Shown here one piece after another: positions 44,558-55,753 of a stretch of 64,000 bases of DNA. The stretch is from a bacterium (GTDB lineage Bacteria > Electryoneota > Electryoneia > Electryoneales > Electryoneaceae). Made by a program: the position numbers and the translations under genes. The stretch covers positions 1,376,001 to 1,440,000 of the forward strand of contig CAXXKJ010000002.1 of the NCBI GenBank assembly GCA_963675295.2, written 5' to 3'. Numbering within the stretch: the stretch's first letter is position 1; each line of letters begins with the position of its first letter. The notes under the pieces were generated by a model. The model was not told where the DNA came from and did no database searches. It worked only from the letters and a program-made list of their open reading frames with translations.

Positions 44558-45388
44558 ATGCTGAAGAAGTACAACCCGACAACACCCGGCACGCGATTTC
44601 GCGTGAATCTCGACTACCAGGAACTGTCCAAGGTCGAGCCGGAAAAGAGTCTGCTTGAAGCGCTGCCGAAAAAGGGCGGTCGCAACAACAATGGACGTAT
44701 TACCGCGTGGCAGCGAGGTGGCGGCCACAAGCGCAAGTACCGTCGCATTGATTTCAAGCGGGACAAGTTCAACATCCCCGGCAAGGTGGCGACGATCGAG
44801 TACGATCCGAACCGTAACGCCTTTATCGCGCTGGTCGTGTATGCGGACGGCGAAAAGCGTTACATCCTCGCCCCGAAGGGTTTGACCATTGGAGACATGG
44901 TCAAGTCCGGCCGAGAGGACGTGGAGATTCGCACCGGCAACACGATGCCGTTGTCGATGATCCCGATGGGCACGGAAGTGCACAATGTCGAGATGACCCC
45001 TGGCCGTGGTGGTCAGATGGCGCGCGCCGCTGGCGCTAGTGTCCGTCTGATGGCGCGTGACTCGGGCATGGCGGCGTTGAAGCTGCCGTCCGGCGAGATG
45101 CGCCAGGTTCCGGAGACCTGCCTTGCGACCATTGGTGTGGTTGGCAACGAGCAGCACGAGAACCAGCAGTACGGGAAGGCTGGCAAGACCCGTTGGCTGG
45201 GTCGCCGTCCGAACGTGCGTGGCGTGGTCATGAACCCGGTCGACCACCCGATGGGTGGTGGTGAAGGCCGTAGTTCCGGTGGACGTCACCCGTGTACGCC
45301 TTGGGGCAAGCCGACGAAGGGCTACAAGACTCGTAAGCCGAACAAGCAGTCGGACAAGTACATCATCAAATCGCGCAAGAAGAAGTAA
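44558..45388 (+). CDS. rplB: 50S ribosomal protein L2
   Basis: [27 protein letters not shown]; ATG 44558. Confidence 0.99.
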   Translation: MLKKYNPTTPGTRFRVNLDYQELSKVEPEKSLLEALPKKGGRNNNGRITAWQRGGGHKRKYRRIDFKRDKFNIPGKVATIEYDPNRNAFIALVVYADGEKRYILAPKGLTIGDMVKSGREDVEIRTGNTMPLSMIPMGTEVHNVEMTPGRGGQMARAAGASVRLMARDSGMAALKLPSGEMRQVPETCLATIGVVGNEQHENQQYGKAGKTRWLGRRPNVRGVVMNPVDHPMGGGEGRSSGGRHPCTPWGKPTKGYKTRKPNKQSDKYIIKSRKKK

Positions 45389-45409
45389 GCGATACGGAGT
45401 GGAGAGCAG

Positions 45410-45697
45410 ATGGCCCGCTCGATCAAAAAAGGTCCGTTCATTGACGATCACCTTCAGAAGAAGGTTGACGTGGCGCGCGGATCGAGCAGCAAGAAGGTGA
45501 TCAAGACCTGGTCCCGTCGCAGTACGATCAGCCCGGACTTCGTCGGAATGACGATTGCCGTGCACAATGGCAAGAAGCATGTGCCGGTATTTGTGACGGA
45601 GAACATGGTTGGCCACAAGCTCGGCGAATTTGCGCCGACGCGGACGTTCCGCGGCCACATCAAGGGCAAGTCGGAGAAGGCGGGCAAGGTCAAGTAA
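45410..45697 (+). CDS. rpsS: 30S ribosomal protein S19
   Basis: [25 protein letters not shown]. Confidence 0.99.
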   Translation: MARSIKKGPFIDDHLQKKVDVARGSSSKKVIKTWSRRSTISPDFVGMTIAVHNGKKHVPVFVTENMVGHKLGEFAPTRTFRGHIKGKSEKAGKVK

Positions 45698-45732
45698 GAA
45701 CTTGACTTCACCCTGCACGAGAAGGTGGACGA

Positions 45733-46077
45733 ATGAAGGCAACGGCAACGTCGCGGTTTGTTCGCATAGCACCGCGGAAAGCTCGCCTGGTGGCGGACAT
45801 GATTCGCGGCCAGAAGGCGGGCGTCGCCCAGGGCATGTTGACCCTCAGCCCGCGCAAGGCGGCTGCTGAGGTTGAGAAGCTGATGCGTTCAGCGCTTTCG
45901 AACCTGATGACGAAGGATGAGTCTGGTTCGCTCGACATCAACGAAGCTCGCGTGGTGGAAATTCGTGTCGATGAGGGTCCGACGCTGAAGCGTTGGCGTC
46001 CCCGTGCCCAGGGCCGGGCGACCCGCATCAACAAGCGCACGAGTCACATGACCATTACGGTGGAAGCGGCCGAATAG
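45733..46077 (+). CDS. rplV: 50S ribosomal protein L22
   Basis: PRKARLVAD, RPRAQGRA, KRTSH. Confidence 0.98.
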   Translation: MKATATSRFVRIAPRKARLVADMIRGQKAGVAQGMLTLSPRKAAAEVEKLMRSALSNLMTKDESGSLDINEARVVEIRVDEGPTLKRWRPRAQGRATRINKRTSHMTITVEAAE

Positions 46078-46101
46078 GGCTGCCGCACGACGAGGTACAG
46101 G

Positions 46102-46770
46102 ATGGGTCAGAAGGTACATCCGATCGGGTTTCGCCTGAAGGTGAACAAGGGCTGGAGCTCGAACTGGTTCGATGAGAAGAACTTCGCGAATACGCTGAAG
46201 CAGGACTTGGACCTGCGGGCGTATCTCGACAAGCGTCTGCAGAACGCCGGCGTGACCCGTGTCGAGATCGAGCGTACGCCGAAGCTGATCACAATTTCGA
46301 TTCACACTGCGCGTCCGGGCATTGTCATCGGCCGCAAGGGATCGGAAGTTGACAAGCTGAAGGCTGAGTTGGCGCTGTATACGGGCAAGGACGTGCAGCT
46401 GAACATCTTCGAGGTGAAGCGTCCGGAAACCGAAGCGGCGTTGGTCGCGGAGTCGATCGCTCACCAGTTGCGCGGACGTGTCAGTTTCCGCCGTGCGATG
46501 AAGAAGTCGATTCAGTCGGCGATGCGTATGGGCGCCGAGGGGATCAAGGTGATGTGCAGTGGCCGGTTGGGCGGTGCGGAGATGAGCCGTACCGAGATGT
46601 ACAAGGAAGGCCGGATTCCGTTGCACACGCTGCGTGCGGACATCGACTATTCGCAGCAGACCGCGTTCACGACGTACGGCACGATCGGCGTCAAGGTGTG
46701 GATCTGCAAGGGCGAAGTATTTGGCCGCGGTGGTACTGGTAACAACCAGCAGCAGCGCCAGGGCAAGTAA
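46102..46770 (+). CDS. rpsC: 30S ribosomal protein S3
   Basis: [32 protein letters not shown]. Confidence 0.99.
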   Translation: MGQKVHPIGFRLKVNKGWSSNWFDEKNFANTLKQDLDLRAYLDKRLQNAGVTRVEIERTPKLITISIHTARPGIVIGRKGSEVDKLKAELALYTGKDVQLNIFEVKRPETEAALVAESIAHQLRGRVSFRRAMKKSIQSAMRMGAEGIKVMCSGRLGGAEMSRTEMYKEGRIPLHTLRADIDYSQQTAFTTYGTIGVKVWICKGEVFGRGGTGNNQQQRQGK

Positions 46771-46844
46771 ATGAGTGGGGCCGTTTCGGCGGCCTGTGTG
46801 GATAGAGTTCCGGGGAGGATCCCCGGTGACCGAGGAATGCAGTC

Positions 46845-47258
46845 ATGCTTTCTCCCAAGAGAGTAAAACACCGCAAGACCCACCGCGGCCGGATGCGTGG
46901 TCTGGCGCAGCGCGGGAACAAGGTCAGCTTCGGCGACTTTGGCATCATGACGCTGGATCCGGGTTGGATCACGTCGCGTCAGATTGAGGCTGCCCGTGTC
47001 GCGATGACACGTCACGTGAAGCGCGGCGGCAAGGTGTGGATCCGCATCTTCCCGGACAAGCCGGTAACGAAGAAGCCGGCCGAGGTTCGCATGGGTAAGG
47101 GTAAGGGTTCGCCGGAATTGTGGGTGGCGGTTGTGCGCCCGGGCCGTATCATGTTCGAGCTCGGTGGTGTTGAAGAGGGTCTGGCACGAGAAGCGTTGAC
47201 CCGTGCGATGCACAAGCTTCCGGTACGGACGAAGATCGTATCGCGGTTGGAGGTATAA
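46845..47258 (+). CDS. rplP: 50S ribosomal protein L16
   Basis: [22 protein letters not shown]. Confidence 0.99.
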   Translation: MLSPKRVKHRKTHRGRMRGLAQRGNKVSFGDFGIMTLDPGWITSRQIEAARVAMTRHVKRGGKVWIRIFPDKPVTKKPAEVRMGKGKGSPELWVAVVRPGRIMFELGGVEEGLAREALTRAMHKLPVRTKIVSRLEV

Positions 47259-47261
47259 GGC

Positions 47262-47489
47262 ATGCCGAGTCGGAAGATGGAAGACCTGCACGCCATGGAG
47301 CTGGAAGAGCTTCGCGCCCGGTTGAACGACGCGGAGGAAGAGCTTGCGAACCAGCGGTTCCAGCTCGGCTCCGGGCAGCTTGAGAACACGGCGTCCGTGA
47401 AGGAAGGCCGGAAGAATGTGGCGCGGATCAAGACCTTGATTCGTGACCGGGAATTGAAAGCAGACGCCGTCGCAGGCGGTGAGGCGTAA
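47262..47489 (+). CDS. rpmC: 50S ribosomal protein L29
   Basis: RFQ...GQLEN...RKNVARIKT; position. Confidence 0.95.
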   Translation: MPSRKMEDLHAMELEELRARLNDAEEELANQRFQLGSGQLENTASVKEGRKNVARIKTLIRDRELKADAVAGGEA

Positions 47490-47547
47490 GACAGAGGCAG
47501 CTGCCGGGTGAGCATGACTTCACCGGGCGGATACCCAGGAGCAGGCT

Positions 47548-47841
47548 GTGGCAGACGAGAAAACCCAGGCGATGGATGCGGGTGAGGTGGTGACTGGTCA
47601 CCGCCGCACGTTGACCGGAACGGTAGTTTCGGACAAGAACGACAAGACGGTGACCGTTCAGGTCATCCGTCAGCTGCAGCATCCGCGCTACAAGAAGTTC
47701 ATCAAGAAGTCGAAGAAATACCATGCGCATGACGAGTTGAACGACGCTCATGAGGGCGATGTCGTGAAGATCGTCGAGTCGCGTCCGATGTCGCGTCTCA
47801 AGCGCTGGCGTGTGGTTGAAGTGTTGAAGCGGGCGGTGTAA
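47548..47841 (+). CDS. rpsQ: 30S ribosomal protein S17
   Basis: [30 protein letters not shown]. Confidence 0.97.
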   Translation: MADEKTQAMDAGEVVTGHRRTLTGTVVSDKNDKTVTVQVIRQLQHPRYKKFIKKSKKYHAHDELNDAHEGDVVKIVESRPMSRLKRWRVVEVLKRAV

Positions 47842-47896
47842 GTACGTCTCGCGTGTCAGGTTTCACTCGCCCTGCGAAGGGCAAGAGGACTGAAAA

Positions 47897-48265
47897 ATGA
47901 TTCAGGAAGAAACTGTGCTCAGCGTCGCGGACAACACGGGTGCCCGAAAGGTCAAGTGTTTCCGTGTTCTTGGCGGCACCAAGCGCCGTTACGCATCGAT
48001 TGGCGACATCATAATTGTTTCGGTACGCCAGGCGATTCCGAATTCCCCGATCAAGAAGGGTTCGGTTCAGAAGGCGGTAATCGTGCGGACGAAGAAGCCG
48101 GTGCGACGCATGGATGGCACGTACATCCGATTTGACGACAACGCGGCCGTCATTCTCGACGAGCGTTACGAGCCGAAGGGTACTCGTATTTTCGGCCCGG
48201 TGGCGCGCGAGCTGCGTGAAGAAGGATACATGAAGATTGTCAGCCTTGCGCCGGAGGTTCTCTGA
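47897..48265 (+). CDS. rplN: 50S ribosomal protein L14
   Basis: [26 protein letters not shown]. Confidence 0.99.
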   Translation: MIQEETVLSVADNTGARKVKCFRVLGGTKRRYASIGDIIIVSVRQAIPNSPIKKGSVQKAVIVRTKKPVRRMDGTYIRFDDNAAVILDERYEPKGTRIFGPVARELREEGYMKIVSLAPEVL

Positions 48266-48633
48266 TGTACGGTAGCAGGAAGCAGACGAAGAAGGTCCGC
48301 CGTCACACGTTGAAGGTTCGCAAGGGCGATGAAGTTCTCGTCATGGCGGGCAATGACCGTGGCAAGCGGGGCAAAGTGTTGAAGGTTTTCCCGAGTGAAG
48401 ATCGTGTGATCGTTGAGGGCGTGCGTTTTGTGAAGCGTCATCAGCGTCCGAACCAGAAGATGCCGCAGGGCGGTATCCTGGAGCGCGAGGGGAAAATTCA
48501 CGTTTCCAATGTGAAGGTGATCGACCCGAAGTCGGGTAAGCCGACACGGATCGGCCACAAGGTGGTCGAGGCGCAGGACGGCAAGACGCGTCGTGTGCGT
48601 GTGGCGAAGGTTTCGGGCGAAACGCTTGGTTAA
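48265..48633 (+). CDS. rplX: 50S ribosomal protein L24
   Basis: KOW KGDEV.V.AG.D.GK.G, IHVSNV. Confidence 0.97.
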   Translation: MYGSRKQTKKVRRHTLKVRKGDEVLVMAGNDRGKRGKVLKVFPSEDRVIVEGVRFVKRHQRPNQKMPQGGILEREGKIHVSNVKVIDPKSGKPTRIGHKVVEAQDGKTRRVRVAKVSGETLG

Positions 48634-48643
48634 GAGGTAGATC

Positions 48644-49309
48644 GTGGCGAAGAAGGACAAGGCAGCAGCTGAGCAGCCCGCGAAGGGTAAGAAGGGCAAG
48701 AAGGACGACGCTCCGGAAGTGACAGGACCGCCGGAAGGTTACGTCCCGCGGATGAAGACGCTGTACGCCGAGAAGGCGATCCCCGCGCTGAAGGAGAAGT
48801 TCGGCTACGACAATCCGATGCGTGTGCCGCGTCTGGAGAAGGTGATCCTCAACGTGGGCATCGGCGATGCGCACAACGATCAGAAGCTGCTGGACAGCGT
48901 GATCGATGAGTTGACGATTATCTCGGGTCAGAAGCCGGTGGTTACCCGCGCGCGCAAGTCGATCTCGAACTTCAAGCTGCGTGAAGGGATGCAGGTTGGT
49001 GTTCGCGTGACGTTGCGTCAATTCCACATGTGGGAATTCCTCGACAAGCTGTTCAATCTGACGATGCCGCGTGTGCGTGACTTCCGTGGTGTCAGTGATC
49101 GCAGCTTTGACGGGCGTGGCAACTACTCGATGGGCATCAAGGAGCAGATCGTGTTCCCGGAAATCGTCTACGACAAGGTCGAGAAGATTCACGGGATGGA
49201 CATCACGATCGTGACCTCGGCCCCGAACGATGAAGAGGCGCGTGAGCTTCTGCGTCTGCTGGGCTGCCCGTTCCGTAAGCGTGGCACCGACCAGATGCAG
49301 GCGGCGTAA
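48644..49309 (+). CDS. rplE: 50S ribosomal protein L5 (N-terminal extension)
   Basis: [25 protein letters not shown]. Confidence 0.98.
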   Translation: MAKKDKAAAEQPAKGKKGKKDDAPEVTGPPEGYVPRMKTLYAEKAIPALKEKFGYDNPMRVPRLEKVILNVGIGDAHNDQKLLDSVIDELTIISGQKPVVTRARKSISNFKLREGMQVGVRVTLRQFHMWEFLDKLFNLTMPRVRDFRGVSDRSFDGRGNYSMGIKEQIVFPEIVYDKVEKIHGMDITIVTSAPNDEEARELLRLLGCPFRKRGTDQMQAA

Positions 49310-49364
49310 TGTAGCCCGGGTTGGTAGAATCCGGGGGACATGTAGAAACCGAAGAGAGAGCACC

Positions 49365-49550
49365 ATGGCGAAGAAGTCGAAGATCGCTCACTGGAAGAAG
49401 CCGAAGAAGTTCAAGGTTCGCGAGTACAATCGCTGCAACCTGACCGGCCGTTCGCGTGGCTATTTGCGCAAATTCGGTATCTCGCGCATCAAGTTCCGCG
49501 AGCTGGCGCTTGAGGGGAAGATCCCGGGCGTGACGAAGGCGAGCTGGTAA
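49365..49550 (+). CDS. rpsN: 30S ribosomal protein S14 (61 aa)
   Basis: [26 protein letters not shown]; ATG 49365. Confidence 0.97.
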   Translation: MAKKSKIAHWKKPKKFKVREYNRCNLTGRSRGYLRKFGISRIKFRELALEGKIPGVTKASW

Positions 49551-49674
49551 GCTTCACGACGCAACAAACTCGGGCTCGCTTGCGAAAGGCGCGGCGGCCT
49601 GTTACCATCAGCCCTTTTGGCGGGGCGAACGCTGGAGACGGCGTGGTTACGTCCGAACAGGAAGGATACGGACC

Positions 49675-50076
49675 GTGTCGAAAGTGACAGATCCAATCGC
49701 GGATTACCTGACTCGGATTCGCAATGCACTGCATGCGAAGCATCCGACGGTGGATATTCCGGCCAGCACGCTGAAGCGTGAGATCACCAAGATCCTGGTC
49801 GATGAGGGGTACGTCCGCAACTACTTGAACATTGATGATGGCAACCAGGGAATCCTGCGTGTCTTCCTGAAGTACGATCAGGGTGGCAAGTCCATCATCA
49901 CCGGGCTGAAGCGTATCAGCAAGCCTGGTCTGCGCCAGTATGTCGGATTTCGTGAGATTCCGCGTGTGCGCAACAATCTGGGAATCACGGTGCTCAGCAC
50001 TCCGCAGGGGGTGATGACGGGTAAGCGTGCCCGTTTTGAGCAGGTGGGCGGCGAGCTGCTGCTCTCCGTTTGGTAA
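49675..50076 (+). CDS. rpsH: 30S ribosomal protein S8
   Basis: DPIADYLTRIRN, SKPGLR, STPQG, GGE. Confidence 0.98.
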   Translation: MSKVTDPIADYLTRIRNALHAKHPTVDIPASTLKREITKILVDEGYVRNYLNIDDGNQGILRVFLKYDQGGKSIITGLKRISKPGLRQYVGFREIPRVRNNLGITVLSTPQGVMTGKRARFEQVGGELLLSVW

Positions 50077-50115
50077 GCAAAACTCCCGCCGTAGCTGGCG
50101 GAAGCTGAGGTTAGC

Positions 50116-50700
50116 ATGTCACGAATCGGCAAACTGCCCATTGCAATCCCGGACAAGGTGCAGGTGACAGTGGATGGCCAGGACGTAAAGGTCAAGGGTC
50201 CGCTGGGTGAACTGCATCGCGAGATCCGCGAGGAGATGGAAGTCAAGGTGGAAGACAATCAGGTGATTGTCACTCCGCGTGGCGAGACCCAACTCCATCG
50301 CGCGCTGCATGGCCTGTCCCGCACGTTGATCAACAACATGGTCGTCGGTGTGAGTGAGGGCTACGAGAAGATCCTGGTCGTGATCGGCGTCGGGTATTCG
50401 GCGGAGATCAAGGGTTCCGGCCTGATGCTTCGCGTCGGGTATTCGCACCCGATCTGGATGATGCCCCCTCCGGGTGTCACGTTTGAGCTGCTTCAGCCGA
50501 GCCAGTGGTCGGAAGCCGGCGTCGAGAAGCAGGGTGAGAACCAGACGGTTGCGATCCGCGTTCGCGGGATCGACAAGGCGTTGCTCGGCCAGGTGGCGGC
50601 CCGCGTGCGGAAGATCCGTCCGCCGGAGCCGTACAAGGGCAAGGGCATCCGGTACAACAAGGAATACGTCCGTCGTAAGGCTGGAAAGGCGGCTAAGTAA
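50116..50700 (+). CDS. rplF: 50S ribosomal protein L6
   Basis: [21 protein letters not shown]. Confidence 0.98.
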   Translation: MSRIGKLPIAIPDKVQVTVDGQDVKVKGPLGELHREIREEMEVKVEDNQVIVTPRGETQLHRALHGLSRTLINNMVVGVSEGYEKILVVIGVGYSAEIKGSGLMLRVGYSHPIWMMPPPGVTFELLQPSQWSEAGVEKQGENQTVAIRVRGIDKALLGQVAARVRKIRPPEPYKGKGIRYNKEYVRRKAGKAAK

Positions 50701-50701
50701 G

Positions 50702-51115
50702 ATGGCGACTCGATACGAAAAGCGAAAGATTGCGCATCGCCGTCGCAAGATGCGTGTGCGCAAGAAGGTCAGCGGCACGTCCGCACGTCCGCGCCTGGTG
50801 ATCAACCGTTCGTTGCGTTACATGCGTGTGGCGCTGGTCGATGACGACCGTGGCATGACGTTGTTCGGCGCGACGACCCGGAAGCTGCCGGAAGGTCTTG
50901 ATCTGCCGGAGAAGCCGGAAGAGTTCAAGGCCGGCAAGAAGAAGCTTCCGTTGAAGGCGAAGGTTGCGGATGCGTACAAGCTGGGTCTGCACATCGCGAA
51001 GCTGGCGAAGGATAATGGGATCGAATCCGTGGTGTTTGACCGGAACGGATTGCGGTACCATGGCCGGGTGCGTGCTGTTGCGGAAGGAGCGAGAAAAGGG
51101 GGATTGGCACTGTGA
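50702..51115 (+). CDS. rplR: 50S ribosomal protein L18
   Basis: [21 protein letters not shown]; ATG 50702. Confidence 0.97.
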   Translation: MATRYEKRKIAHRRRKMRVRKKVSGTSARPRLVINRSLRYMRVALVDDDRGMTLFGATTRKLPEGLDLPEKPEEFKAGKKKLPLKAKVADAYKLGLHIAKLAKDNGIESVVFDRNGLRYHGRVRAVAEGARKGGLAL

Positions 51116-51636
51116 ACCGTAGAGAACGCAAGCAGGATCGTGGTGGCGCCCCAGTCGACTCCGGGATGATTGAAAAGGTCGTACACATCAACCGTGTCGC
51201 GAAGGTCGTGAAGGGTGGCCGTAATTTCAGCTTCAACGCGATTGTGGTTGTCGGCGACGGCAACGGCAAGGTCGGCCATGGCCTTGGCAAGGCGCGTGAA
51301 GTGGCGGAAGCGATCAACAAGGGCACCGAGATCGCGAAGCGCAACCTGAAGGCGTATCCGATGGTGGGTACGACGTTGTCGCACCAGTTGGTGGGACGTT
51401 TCGGCGCGGCGCGTGTGGTGTTGAAGCCGGCCAGCCCCGGTACCGGTGTGATCGCCGGTGGCGGCGTGCGTGCCGTGCTTGAGTGCCTTGGTATTCGTGA
51501 CGTGTTGACCAAGTCGTTGGGCAGCCGGAACCCGCACAACCTGGTGAAGGCGACCCTGGCGGGCCTGGAAGAGATGGAAAGTCTTGAGCATGTCGCTGCG
51601 AAGCGCGGCAAGACGTTCCAGGAGGTGTACCGGTAA
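51112..51636 (+). CDS. rpsE: 30S ribosomal protein S5
   Basis: [24 protein letters not shown]. Confidence 0.98.
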   Translation: MNRRERKQDRGGAPVDSGMIEKVVHINRVAKVVKGGRNFSFNAIVVVGDGNGKVGHGLGKAREVAEAINKGTEIAKRNLKAYPMVGTTLSHQLVGRFGAARVVLKPASPGTGVIAGGGVRAVLECLGIRDVLTKSLGSRNPHNLVKATLAGLEEMESLEHVAAKRGKTFQEVYR

Positions 51637-51842
51637 TGGCTGGCAAGCGTATTCGGATTACGTGGACCCGCAGCGCGATCGGCCGTTCAGTCAAGCAGAA
51701 GCGCATCATTGAGGCGCTCGGACTGCACCGGTTGAACGAGTCGGTGGAACATGATTCGTCCCCGACGATCATGGGCATGGTGCGCAAGGTTCCGCATCTG
51801 GTAGAAGTGACGGACGTCCAGGCGGACGCTGAACAGGGATAA
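51636..51842 (+). CDS. rpmD: 50S ribosomal protein L30
   Basis: RSAIGR, ALGL, GMVRKV.HLV. Confidence 0.96.
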   Translation: MAGKRIRITWTRSAIGRSVKQKRIIEALGLHRLNESVEHDSSPTIMGMVRKVPHLVEVTDVQADAEQG

Positions 51843-51849
51843 TCGAGCG

Positions 51850-52350
51850 ATGAAAAACCTTGGCAATTTGATCCCTGCGAAGGGCTCGACGTCGACGCGC
51901 AAGCGTCGCGGCCGTGGGTACGGCAGCGGGAATGGCCGTACAGCGGGCCGTGGCCACAAGGGCGCGCAGAGCCGCAGTGGTTTCAAGCGCAGAAGCTGGT
52001 TTGAAGGCGGTCAGATGCCGATCCAGCGTCGTCTGCCGAAGCACGGATTCTGGAACCCGTTCCGTGAAGTGTTCCAGGAAGTGAACATCCGTGACCTGGC
52101 CAAGCTTCCGGGTGATGGCGAGATTGAGGTAACGCCGGAAGTGTTGATGGACGCGCGCATTATCAAGAAGGCTGACCAGCCGGTAAAGTTGCTGTCGATG
52201 GGGGATGCGGATCGCAAGTATGTCGTCCGTTTGTCCGCGGCGAGCAAGCCGGCGGTAGCGAAAATCGAGCAGGCCGGTGGGCAGGTTCATCTGCCGGAGC
52301 CGGCTCCCAAGCGCGGCAAGTACAAGAAGCGTGCGGAACGGGCAGAATAA
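51850..52350 (+). CDS. rplO: 50S ribosomal protein L15
   Basis: GRGYGSG, GRGHKG, FEGGQMP. Confidence 0.98.
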   Translation: MKNLGNLIPAKGSTSTRKRRGRGYGSGNGRTAGRGHKGAQSRSGFKRRSWFEGGQMPIQRRLPKHGFWNPFREVFQEVNIRDLAKLPGDGEIEVTPEVLMDARIIKKADQPVKLLSMGDADRKYVVRLSAASKPAVAKIEQAGGQVHLPEPAPKRGKYKKRAERAE

Positions 52351-52379
52351 CACCCAATCAAGGGTGACTGAGGAAACCG

Positions 52380-53705
52380 ATGCTTGAGAAGATCCGCAAT
52401 ATCTTCAAGATTCCCGAGTTGCGCAGGCGCATTCTGTTCACGCTCGGCATCTTTCTGATCTATCGCCTCGGCGGCCACATTCCTGTGCCCGGCATCAATG
52501 CCGGTGTACTCGGCCAGTTTTTCGAGGAACGGGCGAACACCCTGTTCGGGTTGTACGACCTGTTCGCCGGCGGCAACTTCTCCCGTGCGACGATTTTTGC
52601 GCTCGGCATCATGCCTTACATTTCGGCGTCCATTATCATCCAGCTGCTCGGGTCGGTGATCCCTGCGATCCACCGGTTGCAGCAGTCGGGCGATGAAGGG
52701 CGGAAGAAGATTACGCAGTGGACACGATACGGCACGGTTGGCATTTCGGCCCTGCAGTCGTTGGGTGTCGCGGCGTTTCTGACCGGGATTCAGATCGGCA
52801 ACTCTGCGGTGGTGCCGAACCCGGGGATCCCGTTCTACCTGCTCACCATGATCACGTTGACTGCCGGTACGGTGTTCATCATGTGGCTGGGTGAACAGAT
52901 CGACGAACGCGGGATTGGGAACGGGATTTCGCTGATCATCTTCATCGGTATCATCGACCGCTTCCCGTATGCATTCATGGACGAGTTCCAGTTGATGCAG
53001 CAGGGTGTGCGTTCGTTGATCATGGAGTTGTTCCTGGTTGCCATCCTGGTGTTGACGACGGCGGCGGTTGTCGCGTTGACGCAGGGCAGCCGGAAGATTC
53101 CGGTTCAGTATACGAAGCGTGTTGTCGGACGCCGGATGTACGGTGGCCAGGCGACCCACATTCCGCTGCGTGTGAACACGGCGGGCGTCATGCCGATCAT
53201 TTTCGCGCAGACGATCATGTTCCTGCCGCAGACGGTTGCGACCTTCCTGCCGGCGGGTGGGTTCCAGGACTGGCTGAACAGCGCGTTCCGGTTTGACAGC
53301 TACATCTACATGGGCTTCTACAGCCTGTTGATCATCTTCTTCACGTACTTCTACACCGCGATCGCGTTCAATCCGGTCGATGTGGCGAGCAACCTGAAGA
53401 AGAACGGCGGGATGGTTCCGGGCGTGAAGCCGGGCAAGAAGACGGCTGAATTCCTCGACAACATCCTGACGCGGATCACGTTGCCGGGTTCGATCTTCCT
53501 CGCGTTCATCGCGATCTTCCCGACGCTGATGAGCAAGTGGACGAACGCCGGGTTCAACCTGTCGCAGTTCTACGGCGGTACCGGTCTGTTGATCGTGGTG
53601 GGTGTGGCGTTGGATACGCTGCAGCAGATTGACAGCCACCTGCTGATGCGTCACTACGACGGTCTGATGAAGTCCGGACGCTTGAAGGGCCGTCGCCGGA
53701 TGTAA
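52380..53705 (+). CDS. secY: Preprotein translocase subunit SecY
   Basis: ALGIMPYISASII, GIGNGISL, GGTGLLIVVGV. Confidence 0.99.
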   Translation: MLEKIRNIFKIPELRRRILFTLGIFLIYRLGGHIPVPGINAGVLGQFFEERANTLFGLYDLFAGGNFSRATIFALGIMPYISASIIIQLLGSVIPAIHRLQQSGDEGRKKITQWTRYGTVGISALQSLGVAAFLTGIQIGNSAVVPNPGIPFYLLTMITLTAGTVFIMWLGEQIDERGIGNGISLIIFIGIIDRFPYAFMDEFQLMQQGVRSLIMELFLVAILVLTTAAVVALTQGSRKIPVQYTKRVVGRRMYGGQATHIPLRVNTAGVMPIIFAQTIMFLPQTVATFLPAGGFQDWLNSAFRFDSYIYMGFYSLLIIFFTYFYTAIAFNPVDVASNLKKNGGMVPGVKPGKKTAEFLDNILTRITLPGSIFLAFIAIFPTLMSKWTNAGFNLSQFYGGTGLLIVVGVALDTLQQIDSHLLMRHYDGLMKSGRLKGRRRM

Positions 53706-53811
53706 CGTTGTAACTGCCCGTGCGGAACTGATTCCGCGCGGATGATGATACAAACGTTGAGCAGTACCGCCGCACAGGAAGTGTGGCGAGGGGGAAAGAA
53801 GGAACAAGCGA

Positions 53812-54459
53812 ATGTACCTGATCCTGCTAGGACCTCCGGGGGTTGGGAAAGGCACGCAGGCCCAGTTTCTAATCGACGATCTGGGCGCGGTGCAACTTTC
53901 CACGGGTGATGTGTTGCGTGCGGCGATTGCGAATGGCACGGAACTTGGCAAGCAGGCGAAGAAGTACATGGACGCGGGGGATCTGGTCCCGGATGAGGTG
54001 ATCCTCGGGATGATCCACAACAAGCTGGTGGAGTTGGAAGGCAAAGCGGTCATCTTCGACGGCTTCCCGCGCACCGAAGCCCAGGCCCAGGGGCTGGATG
54101 TAGAGTTGGAAAAGCTGGGTAAGAGCGTGGACAAGGCGCTCGAATTGACAATCGATGATCAGGTTGTGGTGGACCGCTTGAGTGCGCGCCGTGTGCACGC
54201 CGGCAGCGGCCGTGTCTACAACCTGTTGTTCAACCCTCCGAAGAAGGAGGGGGTGGACGATGTCACCGGCGAACCGTTGATGCACCGTGACGATGACAAG
54301 GAAGATGTGATCCGTCACCGTCTCGAGGTGTATCACAAGTCGACCGCTCCGGTTGCCGGCTTCTACGAGAAGCAGGGCAAGCTGGTGAAGGTGGACGGCG
54401 ACGGTACGGTTGACGGCGTCCGCCAGCGCGTCAAGGATGCGTTGAAAGGTCTCGGATGA
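53812..54459 (+). CDS. adk: Adenylate kinase
   Basis: GPPGVGKGTQ, STGD, DGFPR, RDDD. Confidence 0.98.
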   Translation: MYLILLGPPGVGKGTQAQFLIDDLGAVQLSTGDVLRAAIANGTELGKQAKKYMDAGDLVPDEVILGMIHNKLVELEGKAVIFDGFPRTEAQAQGLDVELEKLGKSVDKALELTIDDQVVVDRLSARRVHAGSGRVYNLLFNPPKKEGVDDVTGEPLMHRDDDKEDVIRHRLEVYHKSTAPVAGFYEKQGKLVKVDGDGTVDGVRQRVKDALKGLG

Positions 54460-55238
54460 TACGGGTCAAGAGCCCGGAGCAGATTGAAGAACTTCGCCGC
54501 GCGGGCGGGTTGGTTGCGGAATGCCACCAGATCGCCCGGGAGATGGTCAAGCCGGGTATCAATACGGCTGAGATCAACGCAGCGGTGGAGGAGCACATCC
54601 TGAAGGCTGGCGCGGAGCCGGCGTTCAAGGGTTATCCGGGCCCGGCGGGGGTGAAACCGTTTCCTGCAGCCTGCTGCATGTCGGTGGACGAGCAGGTGGT
54701 ACACGGCTTCCCGAATGAGACCCCGCTGAAAGACGGCCAGATTCTGAGCGTCGATATCGGCGTGAAGATGCCGAGCGGCTGGTATGGTGATGCCGCACGG
54801 ACGCTGGGTGTTGGGACGATCAGCGAAGACGCGGAGAAGTTGCTGGACGCGACGTTGGAGTCGCTGCTTGCGGCGATTGACACGGTTCGGCCGGGTGCTT
54901 TTTTGAGTGACATCGGCCATGCGGTCCAGACATATGTCGAACGACGTGGTTTTTCGGTAGTGCGCGACCTGGTCGGGCACGGGATTGGCAAGCAGATGCA
55001 CGAACCGCCCGAGGTGCCTAATTTTGGACGCGGTGGTCGTGGGTTACGATTGCGGGAAGGCATGACACTCTGTATCGAACCGATGATCAACATGGGCACA
55101 TGGCGGGTTGACGTATTGCAGGATGGGTGGACGGTGGTTACGGCAGATCGCAAACCGTCGGCTCACTTTGAGCACATGATTGCGGTCACGAAGGATGGAG
55201 CACGCATCCTGTCGCCGGACACCGTTACGGAGATTTGA
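54456..55238 (+). CDS. map: Methionine aminopeptidase type I
   Basis: VVHGFP, GDAART, GHGIG..MHE.P, IEPM, SAHFEH. Confidence 0.98.
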   Translation: MIRVKSPEQIEELRRAGGLVAECHQIAREMVKPGINTAEINAAVEEHILKAGAEPAFKGYPGPAGVKPFPAACCMSVDEQVVHGFPNETPLKDGQILSVDIGVKMPSGWYGDAARTLGVGTISEDAEKLLDATLESLLAAIDTVRPGAFLSDIGHAVQTYVERRGFSVVRDLVGHGIGKQMHEPPEVPNFGRGGRGLRLREGMTLCIEPMINMGTWRVDVLQDGWTVVTADRKPSAHFEHMIAVTKDGARILSPDTVTEI

Positions 55239-55240
55239 TT

Positions 55241-55477
55241 TTGGCGAAAGAAGAAGCGATCAAGATGGACGGCACCATCATCGAGACGCTGCCGAACGCC
55301 AGCTTTCTAGTCGAATTGGATTCGGCGAAAGAGGGCGAGAAGGGGCATCGGGTGTTGGCGCACATTTCCGGCAAGATGCGGATGCACTACATCCGGATTC
55401 TGCCGGGTGACAAGGTGACAGTTGAGTTGTCGCCGTACGATCTTTCTCGTGGACGCATCATCTATCGCTACAAGTAG
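55241..55477 (+). CDS. infA: Translation initiation factor IF-1
   Basis: AKEEAI, LPNA, SGKMR, SPYDL.RGRI; TTG start. Confidence 0.97.
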   Translation: MAKEEAIKMDGTIIETLPNASFLVELDSAKEGEKGHRVLAHISGKMRMHYIRILPGDKVTVELSPYDLSRGRIIYRYK

Positions 55478-55745
55478 TCTCTGGTCTTTCGTCTTTGGTC
55501 TCTGGCAAAAGACGAAAGACAAGGAAAGTCCTGAGTCTTGAGTCCTGAGTCTTGAGAAAAAGACAAGAGACGAAAGACGAACAGCAGTATCAGGTCTTGA
55601 GTTGACTGTTTTTCGAGAGACGAAGGACACGAGACGAGAGACGAAGGACGAGCGACAAGAGACGATTTAAACAAGCTTGACATACGGTCTTGGGTTGGGT
55701 CTCGAGTGTGTTGCTCAGGACGCAGGTCTCAAGGCGCAAGACTGA
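55477..55745. repeat. Compound heptamer-repeat region filling the infA-rpmJ spacer
   Basis: GTCTYTS x4, GTCYTGA x4, and several NNRRGAC runs (e.g. GAGAGAC GAAGGAC ACGAGAC GAGAGAC GAAGGAC GAGCGAC AAGAGAC). Confidence 0.9.
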
Positions 55746-55753
55746 GGTTAGAG

